From positions 1 through 64,000 of IMG/VR virus record IMGVR_UViG_3300044797_000098: a stretch of DNA of 64,000 bases; one strand, given 5' to 3'. The position numbers and the translations under genes are program-made. Below, piece after piece: positions 51,212-61,168 of the stretch. The first letter of the stretch is position 1, and each line of letters starts with the position of its first letter. The notes under the pieces were generated by a model. It saw nothing but the letters and a program-made list of their open reading frames with translations, ran no database searches and was not told the origin of the DNA.

Positions 51212-51508
51212 ATGAGAAAAGTTGTTATTGAGTATGTGAAAAAAAGTTTGAGGAGAGTTTGGGGGCGGAGCAAGCAAAGGAATGGTGCATTGAAGAGCGC
51301 TAAGGTTGAGAGAGGAAAGTATAGATGCGCTTGCTGCGGGAAAGTGTTCAGGCGAAAAGATATCGAAGTTGATCATAAAATTGCCGTGGGGCGGTTTGTT
51401 GATTTCGATACGTACATTGAAAGGTTGTTCGTGGATACGAAAGGGCTCCAAGTATTATGCAAAGGATGCCATAAAATTAAAACTAAAAAAGATGTAAAAT
51501 CATTTTAG
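51212..51508 (+). CDS. HNH endonuclease
   Basis: CACCG...EVDHKI...LQVLCKGCH. Confidence 0.8.
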   Translation: MRKVVIEYVKKSLRRVWGRSKQRNGALKSAKVERGKYRCACCGKVFRRKDIEVDHKIAVGRFVDFDTYIERLFVDTKGLQVLCKGCHKIKTKKDVKSF

Positions 51509-52314
51509 GATTCTAAATTTATCCGCTTCCTCCTCCGTAATCATTGTGAATGTAATACCGGCGATTGAAAAATATGGCATATCATCTTTTGTCCTACCCG
51601 AAATTGCACATCGTATTATATTATTGGGACTTCTGGCATAAGCATCATTAACCAATCTAATATAATCTTTTGCTGGTAAAAGAAAGTCATATTCGCCAGT
51701 TGTTTCAGCATAATACATTATAACGTATAATGAATATCCATCATTCGTATATACTGATTTTGCCAGTAATGTTTTGGCAACAATATCTTCATCTATATAT
51801 TTTTTCATAGCAACACGAGTAATTTATCGAGATCGTTTTTTAGATGAGGAAAATCTCTGTTAATAACTTCAATCGCATATTCGATCATAGGAACGCCCTG
51901 CTCCTGACCAATCATATTGAATGTTGAGATCATTACATTCATTGCTTTTTTTTGTTCTTCAATACCTTCAACCTCATACATAATTTGACAAATTGATTTC
52001 TTAAAGTTTTTTACGAGCCTTTGGATTTTTTTGTTCGTCATGTTAATATGATACTTTCCATTTAATTTATTCGTAGTAGGGCCAAAATTATATTAATATA
52101 ATATATTTTCTAAAAGATTCTTCTAAATGTGGGTAATAGTAAATTGCGATAGATAGTAAATCATTTGAAATTAATGCATCATTGTAGATTTTGTTATAAT
52201 TTATGAAAGTTTTAATTCTATCCTTATCATCGATGCAATCGATTAAATCAGTAGCAAGTTTGTAGAAAATAACATTATTCCATTGACCAATAATTTTATT
52301 CATTGTAAATCGTT

Positions 52315-52857
52315 TCATCTCAATAATAAGATTGAATTTATTTTAGAAAACAACTTATCTTTATCTTGGAAATTGAGTTTTTCAAATGGGATATATTGTA
52401 TATCTATTTTTTTGTCATCGCATACAATAAATGATGTTTTATTGGAAAAATTATTTACGACTGTATAATATTTATTATTGTAATAAAATTTAAAATATTC
52501 TAAAAGAGACTGTGTGTTGAATGCACTATAAGGTCTATCATAAAAAATATTAATAGATCTTGAAAATGTTTCGAGTGGTTGATTGCAGTTTTTACAAGTT
52601 TTTTCTAAAATGATATCTAATTCATACAGAGACGTAAATACATCGGTCGAACTATCATGCATTATACGGCCGTCAATAATAGAAATAGAAAACTGATGTA
52701 TATCGGTTTTTGAATCTATAAAATAATCAGTTTTATATCTGATAGTCAATTTATTATTTGATATTATGATTTTATCTGCTTGGGTGGATGTTATTAATAA
52801 ATCATTATCACACAATGGACAACGCTGATATTCATATATGAACTGTTTTAGATCCAT
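52315..52857 (-). CDS. Tandem paralog family member 1 (N-terminal CPLC)
   Basis: CPxC start and K.F.KI.SI.LL end shared with the two adjacent genes. Confidence 0.7.
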   Translation of the reverse strand: MDLKQFIYEYQRCPLCDNDLLITSTQADKIIISNNKLTIRYKTDYFIDSKTDIHQFSISIIDGRIMHDSSTDVFTSLYELDIILEKTCKNCNQPLETFSRSINIFYDRPYSAFNTQSLLEYFKFYYNNKYYTVVNNFSNKTSFIVCDDKKIDIQYIPFEKLNFQDKDKLFSKINSILLLR

Positions 52858-52862
52858 TTAAA

Positions 52863-53555
52863 TTATTTATCCATCAAAAGAAAAATTGAATCAATTCTAG
52901 AAAATATTTTTTTAGGATTTTCAAATTTAAAATAATCATCATCTACAAGATTAAGTCTTTTTTCTTTGTAAAAATTATGTGCATTGGAGCCATCGATACT
53001 CATTTCTGCAAGAGCAAATGATGTTTTAAATATGTTATAGTCATTTATAATTTTAATTTGCTTACCTATGCCTTTATCTATGGTATATAATTTATATATT
53101 TCGTGATAGATTTGGAGTTCAACTATACCAAAAACATAACTTCCATCATCATTTTTCCTTATATCTGAATCTGTTGCTATAAAATCGCCCTTTGCTTCGT
53201 ATTCGCAAATATTTGTGAGTTCATTAATACAAGAGATTTTTAAATTGAAGAAAGATAGACTACCATCAAAACTTGCAGTTAAACTATTATCGGCTATATT
53301 TATTTGAGTTTGCAATTTTTCTATATTGATTATTTGAGTTTCGCCCGGTTTGAATTTAACAGATATGGTTTCAGACATATTATCCAATCCATCAAAAATA
53401 TTATCAAATCGATTTTTTAATTTTGATGCTTCATTAGTTTTATGATCAATATAAATCGTGGTATATATATCGTATTCTAATACATTGGAACAAATAGGGC
53501 AAGTACTACGATATTCTATTAATTTTGGAAATGAATCGAACTCTCGTGCTGTCAT
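52863..53555 (-). CDS. Tandem paralog family member 2
   Basis: CPIC...KKIFSRIDSIFLL. Confidence 0.7.
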   Translation of the reverse strand: MTAREFDSFPKLIEYRSTCPICSNVLEYDIYTTIYIDHKTNEASKLKNRFDNIFDGLDNMSETISVKFKPGETQIINIEKLQTQINIADNSLTASFDGSLSFFNLKISCINELTNICEYEAKGDFIATDSDIRKNDDGSYVFGIVELQIYHEIYKLYTIDKGIGKQIKIINDYNIFKTSFALAEMSIDGSNAHNFYKEKRLNLVDDDYFKFENPKKIFSRIDSIFLLMDK

Positions 53556-53556
53556 T

Positions 53557-54084
53557 TTAACCTAATAATTGAATAATTTTTAGTTTTTTGTCTATAAGTT
53601 TTTTTGACGAAAAATCAAAATCGATTAATGGCATTGTTATTGTTTTTGTCAAATAATTTGATGTTATATGAATTGTTGAAATAGAGTTATTAAAATCGTT
53701 ATTAACGATGAAATGAACCGAATCTGCTAGCATTCTTACGATATGATTTTTTTCCAGTATTATATTGTCTATAAGTAATTTATCTTTTAATAAATCACAA
53801 GTCCCAGAATAATAAAAATGATATTTATTACACTGACGGCCAATAATTAATTTAGGCACATCAGGACTAATAAATTGTAAATAATTTTCTATTATATTAT
53901 TATTGAATAGATCGATTAATATTTTTTTATTTGAGTCTTGTTGAAAAACTGTTAAATAACTATTGTTTAGCTCACAGCCAGACATTCCGGATAATGTTAT
54001 TATTGGTTCGGTTCTCTTTTTGCACAACGGGCAAAATTCAATAAAATTAAAAAAATCAAATAAATTATTAAATTGTTGAGCCAC
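53557..54084 (-). CDS. Tandem paralog family member 3
   Basis: CPLC...KLKIIQLLG. Confidence 0.7.
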   Translation of the reverse strand: MAQQFNNLFDFFNFIEFCPLCKKRTEPIITLSGMSGCELNNSYLTVFQQDSNKKILIDLFNNNIIENYLQFISPDVPKLIIGRQCNKYHFYYSGTCDLLKDKLLIDNIILEKNHIVRMLADSVHFIVNNDFNNSISTIHITSNYLTKTITMPLIDFDFSSKKLIDKKLKIIQLLG

Positions 54085-54108
54085 TACCTATTATATATCA
54101 ATTAAAAA

Positions 54109-54780
54109 TTATTTTGGTATTTCGTGCTCTCGAACTCTTTGGATAAGTTGTGGCAACGATGAATTTTCAAAATTATACTTAGCCTTAAATATATTTAATG
54201 CTTTTTGTGTTTCAGGCCCTAACGAACCATCTTCTTTAATTGGAAGCATATCGCCAAATGGAACTAAGATTTGGTTTAATTTAGTTTGAATATCTTTCGA
54301 TATCGATGGATATTTTGATGGCGTGATTTTAATTTCTGGAACCTTAACTGTGGATTCTTCCGAAGATATAGGAGATGCTGGTTGTTTAGCTACCTGTGAT
54401 TTTAATGAATCTATATACGGGAATAGATTTTTAGTAGCGAAATTTAAAGTGTTTTGATCTTTTGATTTCATTAGAGATTGATATATTTGCGTTGCAATAT
54501 TTGCTAAATCTTGAAAAGATAATTCGCCTTGTGGATATCTTAGTGAGCTGTATAAATTGCGTGCTTCAATGGGGAAATTAGCCTGATCGGCAGTCCAACG
54601 ATCAGTAAGGAGTTTTACCAACGCTTTTCTGGCTGGTTCTGTTGAGTGTGTAGCTTGAGCTGCTTTATTGAATTTTTTTTCAAATTTATTTGCTAATTCA
54701 ATGGACTTGGAAAAATCATATTTTTTATGACTAGAATTAACTAATTGTTCAAATTTTTTGACTTTATCAAATAAATCCAT
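54109..54780 (-). CDS. Protein with C-terminal peptidoglycan-binding-like motif
   Basis: DGSLGPETQKAL resembles the PG_binding_1 signature. Confidence 0.5.
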   Translation of the reverse strand: MDLFDKVKKFEQLVNSSHKKYDFSKSIELANKFEKKFNKAAQATHSTEPARKALVKLLTDRWTADQANFPIEARNLYSSLRYPQGELSFQDLANIATQIYQSLMKSKDQNTLNFATKNLFPYIDSLKSQVAKQPASPISSEESTVKVPEIKITPSKYPSISKDIQTKLNQILVPFGDMLPIKEDGSLGPETQKALNIFKAKYNFENSSLPQLIQRVREHEIPK

Positions 54781-54907
54781 AATTTAGCTCCATTGACTTA
54801 ATATAAGTCTATTATTAAAATATTCCATTATTGCCAGCGGTAAATATAAATATTTTGTCTCATTGACTGTTATTATTGTGTGCTTAAATTTAAGCGAGAG
54901 GTAAGAA

Positions 54908-55888
54908 ATGAACAATTATTCGTTTGAAAATTATATAATGCAATGCTGTAAATCACGAGAATGGAACTTGCGTAAGTTTCTAAAAAAGAAACTAATTGAC
55001 GCCGGTTTTAGAATTATAGAAGATGATTATTCTTCATATAGAAAAGGAAAATATCAACAAGTACATAATATGTTGGCTATAAGGGGTACTCCAAGAATAT
55101 GTTTGGTGGCTCACACCGACGTGTGTAGAGATCATGGTGATGATATACCGGATGTTAATCCTACAATAAAAAATATGGAAATTGATGGAGAGTTTAAAAA
55201 AATTATACAAGATAAGAATTGTGAGGTACAAGTTGGCGGGGATGATAGACTCGGTGTAGCCATAAATAGCTGGATAGCATTAAATACTGGATACGATTTA
55301 GGTTTATTATTTACTACCGATGAGGAAGTAGGAGTCGTTAGCGCGGAATATGTTCATTTCCCTGAACTATTAGATTTTGATTTATTACTACAAGTAGACA
55401 GGGGAAATCGCTCTCATCAGTTAGTTAGCAGTATTGGTGGAGAATTATTATGCTCATATACAACGGCTAATAGATTGATACAGATATCCAAAAACATAGA
55501 TCATCCAAGATATATTGTTGATGGTATGTTAACAGATGTGCTGGCATTGAAAATAAATCATATGTGTAAAGAAGCGGTTAATATGACATGCGGATATCAT
55601 AACTCAATCGGAGCTCAAATGAATGAGTATATAGATATTCAGGAAGCAAAAGATACTATGCAGTATGTGTCCAGTATAATTCAATATTATGATTTAGAAG
55701 AAGATAAAAATGAACATAGTGAAGAAACTATCTGGCAAGAGTCATACGAGCGCACAAAGTTTCCATCTGGCAGAACATACTCAAATACATTGAGAGGTAG
55801 AGCTTCGGTGTCCCGAAGACGATATTACGATGATGATTTATTTAGCGATGATGAATACGAAAAAGATAAAAATAGCTGGGAATATTAA
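54908..55888 (+). CDS. M20/M28-family metallopeptidase-like protein
   Basis: LVAHTD, GGDDRLG, TTDEEVG, VDR and GYHN ligand motifs. Confidence 0.8.
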   Translation: MNNYSFENYIMQCCKSREWNLRKFLKKKLIDAGFRIIEDDYSSYRKGKYQQVHNMLAIRGTPRICLVAHTDVCRDHGDDIPDVNPTIKNMEIDGEFKKIIQDKNCEVQVGGDDRLGVAINSWIALNTGYDLGLLFTTDEEVGVVSAEYVHFPELLDFDLLLQVDRGNRSHQLVSSIGGELLCSYTTANRLIQISKNIDHPRYIVDGMLTDVLALKINHMCKEAVNMTCGYHNSIGAQMNEYIDIQEAKDTMQYVSSIIQYYDLEEDKNEHSEETIWQESYERTKFPSGRTYSNTLRGRASVSRRRYYDDDLFSDDEYEKDKNSWEY

Positions 55889-56364
55889 GGATTATTTGGC
55901 TCTACCTTACGAATCCATGGTGGATCCAAATGATATGGATTAAAATCATCAGTCACACATTCACCAACGAATTGATTTTCCCAATTTTTGGGTCTTCGAC
56001 AAGGATATGGCCTAGCACGTTGTAGATAAATTAACGCTGTAAGATACACTTGGTTAATTTGCAGAGTAATATTTGGAGGCCCAACCTTATTTTGTTCAAC
56101 TGAAACTAATCCATCTTTTGCAAATAATACAATATCTGCCAAATCTCGATTAGTTTGATCCCAAAGATCTCGTAGTACTAAAATACGATACCCATCATAT
56201 AACTGATCAGAAACCCAATATCCATCGGCTGCGACATAACCATCGAATTGTGCTGCGGTTAAAACTTCGGTAATAAATAATTGACGAACAAAAACACTTA
56301 ACACCTGACTTGACAAATCATTATTAATGAATATGATAGCTGGTGGAGAAGTGATAATTGCCAT
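55885..56364 (-). CDS. Hypothetical protein with three DGY motifs
   Basis: 159 aa ORF. Confidence 0.6.
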   Translation of the reverse strand: MAIITSPPAIIFINNDLSSQVLSVFVRQLFITEVLTAAQFDGYVAADGYWVSDQLYDGYRILVLRDLWDQTNRDLADIVLFAKDGLVSVEQNKVGPPNITLQINQVYLTALIYLQRARPYPCRRPKNWENQFVGECVTDDFNPYHLDPPWIRKVEPNNP

Positions 56365-56412
56365 ATAAATATAACGTATAATGCCAACAAAACCAGAAAG
56401 GAATTAATAAAA

Positions 56413-56928
56413 ATGAACGAAATTAAAGATCCTCATCCAACATTTAAATTCGCATTGAGAGAAGATTTGAAAAATGACAAAAGATTTTTACCAACCAGAT
56501 CAACCCCGGTAAGTACCGGCTGGGATGTTTGTTGCGCGCAAGAAAATAGAAAACAAATTATTCTCAGACCCGGACAATTTGTAAAGATCCCATTGGGATT
56601 TAGAATGATAGCACCAGAAGGATGGTGGCTGCAACTAGCACCAAGGTCATCAACATTCGCTAAAAAATCATTACATTGTTTATATGGAGTATTAGACAAT
56701 GATTGGATGGGATACACCGCGCTAGCAGCACAATATATACCAGATGTTAATTCATTAGGTAAAGATCTAAAATTAGAGTTCGGGGAACCTATCGGACAAC
56801 TAATACCGTTCGAACTAAAAAATATGAATGTAGATCAAATTGATAACGAACAATTTGAGGAAATGATGAAAAATAAAAAAAGTGTGAGAGGGGTTCAGGG
56901 ATTTGGTGAAACACGAGGATTAAAATAA
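56413..56928 (+). CDS. dut: dUTPase (trimeric)
   Basis: GWDV, APRSS, GVLDNDW.G, QLI and RG..GFG.T motifs. Confidence 0.9.
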   Translation: MNEIKDPHPTFKFALREDLKNDKRFLPTRSTPVSTGWDVCCAQENRKQIILRPGQFVKIPLGFRMIAPEGWWLQLAPRSSTFAKKSLHCLYGVLDNDWMGYTALAAQYIPDVNSLGKDLKLEFGEPIGQLIPFELKNMNVDQIDNEQFEEMMKNKKSVRGVQGFGETRGLK

Positions 56929-57474
56929 GTGTCGTATATAGATCCAACAGGATGGATTCAGACTTACACAGGAAAGAAGTTTTTTCCAATGAATCCAAAG
57001 CCAGAAGATATATGTATAGAGGATATTGCACATAGTCTTTCTATGATATGTAGATTTACTGGACATTCAAAAGAGTTTTATTCCGTGGCACAACATTCAA
57101 TATATGTTAGTGAATTATGCAGCGAAAAATGGGCACTACATGGGCTCTTACATGATGCAGAAGAAGCATATACAAATGATCTTGCTCGTCCAGTAAAACG
57201 ATTGAAAGAGTTTGAGTTTTTCAGAAGAGCTGGTGAAAACATACAATTAGTAATTCGTCAGAAATTTAAAATGTATTGGGTAGAGCCAGAAGAAATACAT
57301 ATGATAGATGCTAAAATGCTTGCAACGGAAGCAAGAGATTTAATGTCTCCATTGCATCCTGATTGGAAACAGCCAACTGAATCATATAGTTTCAATATTA
57401 AACCAGTACAACCAAAAGAAGCAGAAGAAATGTTTTTGAAAAGATTTTATGAATTAACTAAGGAAATCAAATAA
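56929..57474 (+). CDS. HD-domain 5'-deoxynucleotidase (YfbR-like)
   Basis: DIAHSLS..CRF.GH...YSVAQHS...LLHDA.EAY..D. Confidence 0.85.
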   Translation: MSYIDPTGWIQTYTGKKFFPMNPKPEDICIEDIAHSLSMICRFTGHSKEFYSVAQHSIYVSELCSEKWALHGLLHDAEEAYTNDLARPVKRLKEFEFFRRAGENIQLVIRQKFKMYWVEPEEIHMIDAKMLATEARDLMSPLHPDWKQPTESYSFNIKPVQPKEAEEMFLKRFYELTKEIK

Positions 57475-57812
57475 TGTCTAAAATAGTAGTTCAGGGACGT
57501 GAACCTCATGAAATAAAAGCCATGGAGGAAAAACATAAAAAAGAAGCAGAGGCAAAAAAGAAAACTGCTGCTCCAAAAATAAAATCATATTATGATGTTA
57601 AAGTGGAATGTTTGATTCCGACAACAATGATATATAGAGTATTCGCTGATGATGAACGCGAGGCTATGGAGTTATTTAATAAAATGTCAAAAGAATATAA
57701 AGCACCTACGCAAGTAAAGCCAAATTATTCATTAAAAAAAATAATCAAAGCAACTGTGTATGCGTCTGGTAGTAGTGTAATAAAACTAGTTAAAAACTAT
57801 ATGGTTAGATAA
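57474..57812 (+). CDS. Hypothetical protein
   Basis: Translationally coupled within the operon. Confidence 0.65.
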   Translation: MSKIVVQGREPHEIKAMEEKHKKEAEAKKKTAAPKIKSYYDVKVECLIPTTMIYRVFADDEREAMELFNKMSKEYKAPTQVKPNYSLKKIIKATVYASGSSVIKLVKNYMVR

Positions 57813-58405
57813 TGTCTGGTATAATATATTATATTTGTGATTTAGAAACTAACGGATTAGTTTATAGAAATAATTTCCACGAAATAACTGAACTATCTAT
57901 TCTACGGGCAGATGAACGAGTACAACTATCTAGAAAAATTAAAATCAATCATCCTGAAAATAGTTCCATTGATGCATTACGCATAACCGGAAAAACGATA
58001 GAAGATTTAAAAACAGGAATATCCACACCACAATTAATAAATGATGTTGAGATTTTTTTACATGAGGACGATGCAACGCCTGAACATAGATGTATTGTCG
58101 GGCATAATATTATTAATTTTGATAGGAACTTTTTATTTAGTACTTGGGAAAAGTATGGAAAATTATTTCCAGCTAATTTATGGTTAGATACTATGTTTAT
58201 GGTTAAAAGTATAAATAAAAAAAACGGTGATAAAAAAGCCAAATCAAATTTGAAGGACTCATTAACGAAGTTTGGTATATATAATAATTTTAAATTACAT
58301 TCTGCCAAAGGTGATTCTCAGGCAACATATTTTTTATGGCAAAAATTAATGCAAGAAACTGATCATCTTGAACATTTAAAACGTATTCCACACGAAGAAA
58401 AATAA
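57812..58405 (+). CDS. DEDDh 3'-5' exonuclease (Pol III epsilon-like)
   Basis: DLET, GHN...FD and HSA..D motifs. Confidence 0.88.
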   Translation: MSGIIYYICDLETNGLVYRNNFHEITELSILRADERVQLSRKIKINHPENSSIDALRITGKTIEDLKTGISTPQLINDVEIFLHEDDATPEHRCIVGHNIINFDRNFLFSTWEKYGKLFPANLWLDTMFMVKSINKKNGDKKAKSNLKDSLTKFGIYNNFKLHSAKGDSQATYFLWQKLMQETDHLEHLKRIPHEEK

Positions 58406-59022
58406 TGATCAAAAATACAGATATAGAAACGCTCTATAATAAAATAGATGGTCGTATAAATTTAATCGGTAGTTATATTGGTGATCCCGAATTGCTTCCA
58501 AAAATTATTAAAAGTTGCAGATTGAAACCATATTCTATATTTTCCGGGAATCATCAATCAAAAACGGTATTTGAGCACCATTGGGTTGATGAGTTTGGTA
58601 ATTCATTAAAAATAGAAGATAAAACTTTAAAAATCGTAATGAATGACATACAGATAAATAAAAATACTAAGATAAGCACGGATTTGTTTTTCGGTTATTC
58701 TATTGATAGGGTTGCAAAAAATAGTAAATGCGTATTAGTAATAAATGGTGAGTTTTTTGATGAACCGTGTTATTGTGCAGTATTTTATGGTAAGGACGAG
58801 TTTTTACGAAGTTTTTTCTGGTATAAAGAATTAACAAAGATTTCACCTCTCTTATTAGGAATAAATACATTACGAGAGTTTTTTAAAAATATTCATAATT
58901 TAATTAAATCTGATATTGATAAAAATAAAATAGACATGTCAATAAAATTTAATGTCTTAGATTGTATCGTATGCTGGGAACCAGCTGGCTGGAAAGATCA
59001 TATAAAAGGAGAATGCAAATAG
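58405..59022 (+). CDS. Hypothetical protein
   Basis: 205 aa, coupled within the operon. Confidence 0.65.
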   Translation: MIKNTDIETLYNKIDGRINLIGSYIGDPELLPKIIKSCRLKPYSIFSGNHQSKTVFEHHWVDEFGNSLKIEDKTLKIVMNDIQINKNTKISTDLFFGYSIDRVAKNSKCVLVINGEFFDEPCYCAVFYGKDEFLRSFFWYKELTKISPLLLGINTLREFFKNIHNLIKSDIDKNKIDMSIKFNVLDCIVCWEPAGWKDHIKGECK

Positions 59023-59241
59023 ATGGTAGATAAAGATGGCGTATTAGAGTTTGAGGGCACAGTGGAAAACTTAGTTAGAGATAAAGTGTTTGTAAAAATA
59101 AATGATAATTATACTGTTATATGTACCGTATCTGGTAAAATTAGACAAAGCGGAATTAAGTTATTGCCGGGTGATAGAGTACGCGCTGAGGTTAGCGTGT
59201 ATGACACAAGTAAAGGCCGAGTTGTTTATAGAATGAAATGA
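59023..59241 (+). CDS. infA: Translation initiation factor IF-1
   Basis: 72 aa; EFEG.V...F.V......VIC.VSGKIR...I.LLPGDRV..EVS.YD.SKGRVVYR. Confidence 0.93.
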   Translation: MVDKDGVLEFEGTVENLVRDKVFVKINDNYTVICTVSGKIRQSGIKLLPGDRVRAEVSVYDTSKGRVVYRMK

Positions 59242-59248
59242 GGAACAC

Positions 59249-60271
59249 ATGAGATTTGAAGAAACGTTAACTTTTAATGATGTTCTAATAAAACCCTCCT
59301 ACAGTGAAATACGAAGTCGTTCAGAAATAGATTTATCCATAAATCTATCAAAAGGACTTAATTTTTCTATTCCGATATTTCCAGCAAATATGAAAACCAT
59401 AGTCAATCTGCAAGTTGCGGAAGAGTTTTACAAACTCGGTGGTATGTGTTTGCTACATAGATTTTGTTCGATAGATGAACAGATAAGTATATTGAAAACA
59501 TTAAATGGTAAATACAAAGATGTTTTTGATTATATTGGAGTATCTGTTGGAGTAAAAGAAGAAGATTATAAAAATATAAAAATATTTTATGATCTCGGCG
59601 TTAGAATAATTTGTATTGATGTAGCACACGGGCATTCAAAAAATTGTACTGATATGACAACATTTATTGCTAATAATTTTTCTGATGTATTTTTGATTGC
59701 AGGAAATGTTGCTACTGGACAGGGAGCGTTTGATTTATGGAACGCTGGAGCTGACGCATGTAAAATTAATGTTGGCGCTGGTAGCATTTGTACAACAAGG
59801 ATTCAAGCAGGTGTCGGAGTACCACAACTATCTGCTTTAATAGATGTATATGAGACACGAAATTATCATCCGATTTTTCATGATAAGTTTATAATTGCGG
59901 ATGGCGGTTGTTCAAAAGTTGGTGATTTGGTTAAAAGTTTATGTTTTTCCGATATGGTAATGACAGGCAATATGTTTGCTGGGGTTCCAGAATCATCAGG
60001 TGAAATAATTGAAATTGATGGTAAAAAATATAAACAGTACGACGGAAGCTCAACACATAAATCAGATTATATCGAAGGGGTTAAAGCAATGGTTCCATTA
60101 AAAGATAATATAAAAAATATAGTGAAAACTATGATGGAAGGTATATCAAGTGGTTGCTCATACGTTGGTGCTCGCTCACTAAATGAATTAAAAACAAATG
60201 CTGAGTTTATAAAAATAACGAACGCCAGTATTGTAGAGAGCCATGCACATGATGTGGTGATAAGATGTTAG
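59249..60271 (+). CDS. IMP dehydrogenase / GMP reductase family enzyme (no CBS domain)
   Basis: DVAHGH, GNVAT, catalytic GAGSICTTR and IADGG; guaB versus guaC cannot be resolved by eye. Confidence 0.9.
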   Translation: MRFEETLTFNDVLIKPSYSEIRSRSEIDLSINLSKGLNFSIPIFPANMKTIVNLQVAEEFYKLGGMCLLHRFCSIDEQISILKTLNGKYKDVFDYIGVSVGVKEEDYKNIKIFYDLGVRIICIDVAHGHSKNCTDMTTFIANNFSDVFLIAGNVATGQGAFDLWNAGADACKINVGAGSICTTRIQAGVGVPQLSALIDVYETRNYHPIFHDKFIIADGGCSKVGDLVKSLCFSDMVMTGNMFAGVPESSGEIIEIDGKKYKQYDGSSTHKSDYIEGVKAMVPLKDNIKNIVKTMMEGISSGCSYVGARSLNELKTNAEFIKITNASIVESHAHDVVIRC

Positions 60272-60534
60272 AGTTTTTATTTGAAAATTATTTAGTTTGT
60301 TTTCCAGCGGATGTATCATATAAAACATATGACGATAAATATTGCTATGGTATAAAGTTTGCGGACAATAATGATAGTTATGAATTGATACATAACAGAG
60401 AAGTAAATTGGAGTAGGATTTATGTTACAAAAAATAATGTTATTAAAGATATTCCATTTAAAGAATCAGCATTTGGCGTGTTACCCGGCTTTATAATATT
60501 AACATCAATAGAGGAACAGAATGCACGAAAATAA
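60265..60534 (+). CDS. Hypothetical protein
   Basis: Overlaps both neighbours within the operon. Confidence 0.55.
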   Translation: MLEFLFENYLVCFPADVSYKTYDDKYCYGIKFADNNDSYELIHNREVNWSRIYVTKNNVIKDIPFKESAFGVLPGFIILTSIEEQNARK

Positions 60535-61141
60535 GGTAGAATTAATTGGAACATACGGCGGTGACGAGACGCATGCACTAAGTGCTTGGACTTCAACATC
60601 GAGAGATTTGACGGATGAGAAGCGCGGTAGGATGGGAAAATTGTTAAAGATGTTAGGAGATGATGGTCATGGAACTCCGTTCGAAAAGTCATCGTTGCAT
60701 TTCTTAGTTACTACCGAAATTGCCACACATATACAAATAATAAAACATAGGATTGGTGTTAGTTTCAATGGCGAGAGCGCGCGATACAAAGAATTAAAAG
60801 ATGACAAGTTCTACATACCAAGAGACTGGATGCCAGAGGAACAGGCATTATTAATTGAACATTGTGAGGAATCAATTCGTAGGTATCATGAATGTTTAGC
60901 TAGATTAGTATCAGCTGGCGTACCAAAAAAAAGAGCAAAAGAGAGTGCGCGTTTTTATTTACCTTACGCTAATCAAATAACAGCTGATGTAATGTTCAAT
61001 TTTAGAAGTTTCATGCATTTTATGCAATTAAGAAATAGCGAACATGCTCAATTAGAAATTAGAGAAATTGCACAAAAAATGTTAGAATTGATAAAAGAAA
61101 CAGGAAAATTTAATCTTTCATTAGAAGCATTTGGTTACTAA
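60521..61141 (+). CDS. thyX: Flavin-dependent thymidylate synthase
   Basis: H.TPFE, KHR..SFNGESARY, AR..LP, N.RS..HF..LR...HAQ.EIR. Confidence 0.92.
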   Translation: MHENKVELIGTYGGDETHALSAWTSTSRDLTDEKRGRMGKLLKMLGDDGHGTPFEKSSLHFLVTTEIATHIQIIKHRIGVSFNGESARYKELKDDKFYIPRDWMPEEQALLIEHCEESIRRYHECLARLVSAGVPKKRAKESARFYLPYANQITADVMFNFRSFMHFMQLRNSEHAQLEIREIAQKMLELIKETGKFNLSLEAFGY

Positions 61142-61168
61142 CTCATCGCAATAATTCGCTATTGTGTT

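Noticed and set aside
56929-57474. HD protein as DatZ, implying a 2-aminoadenine genome
   Set aside because: No purZ or mazZ in the window; generic YfbR-like motifs are sufficient
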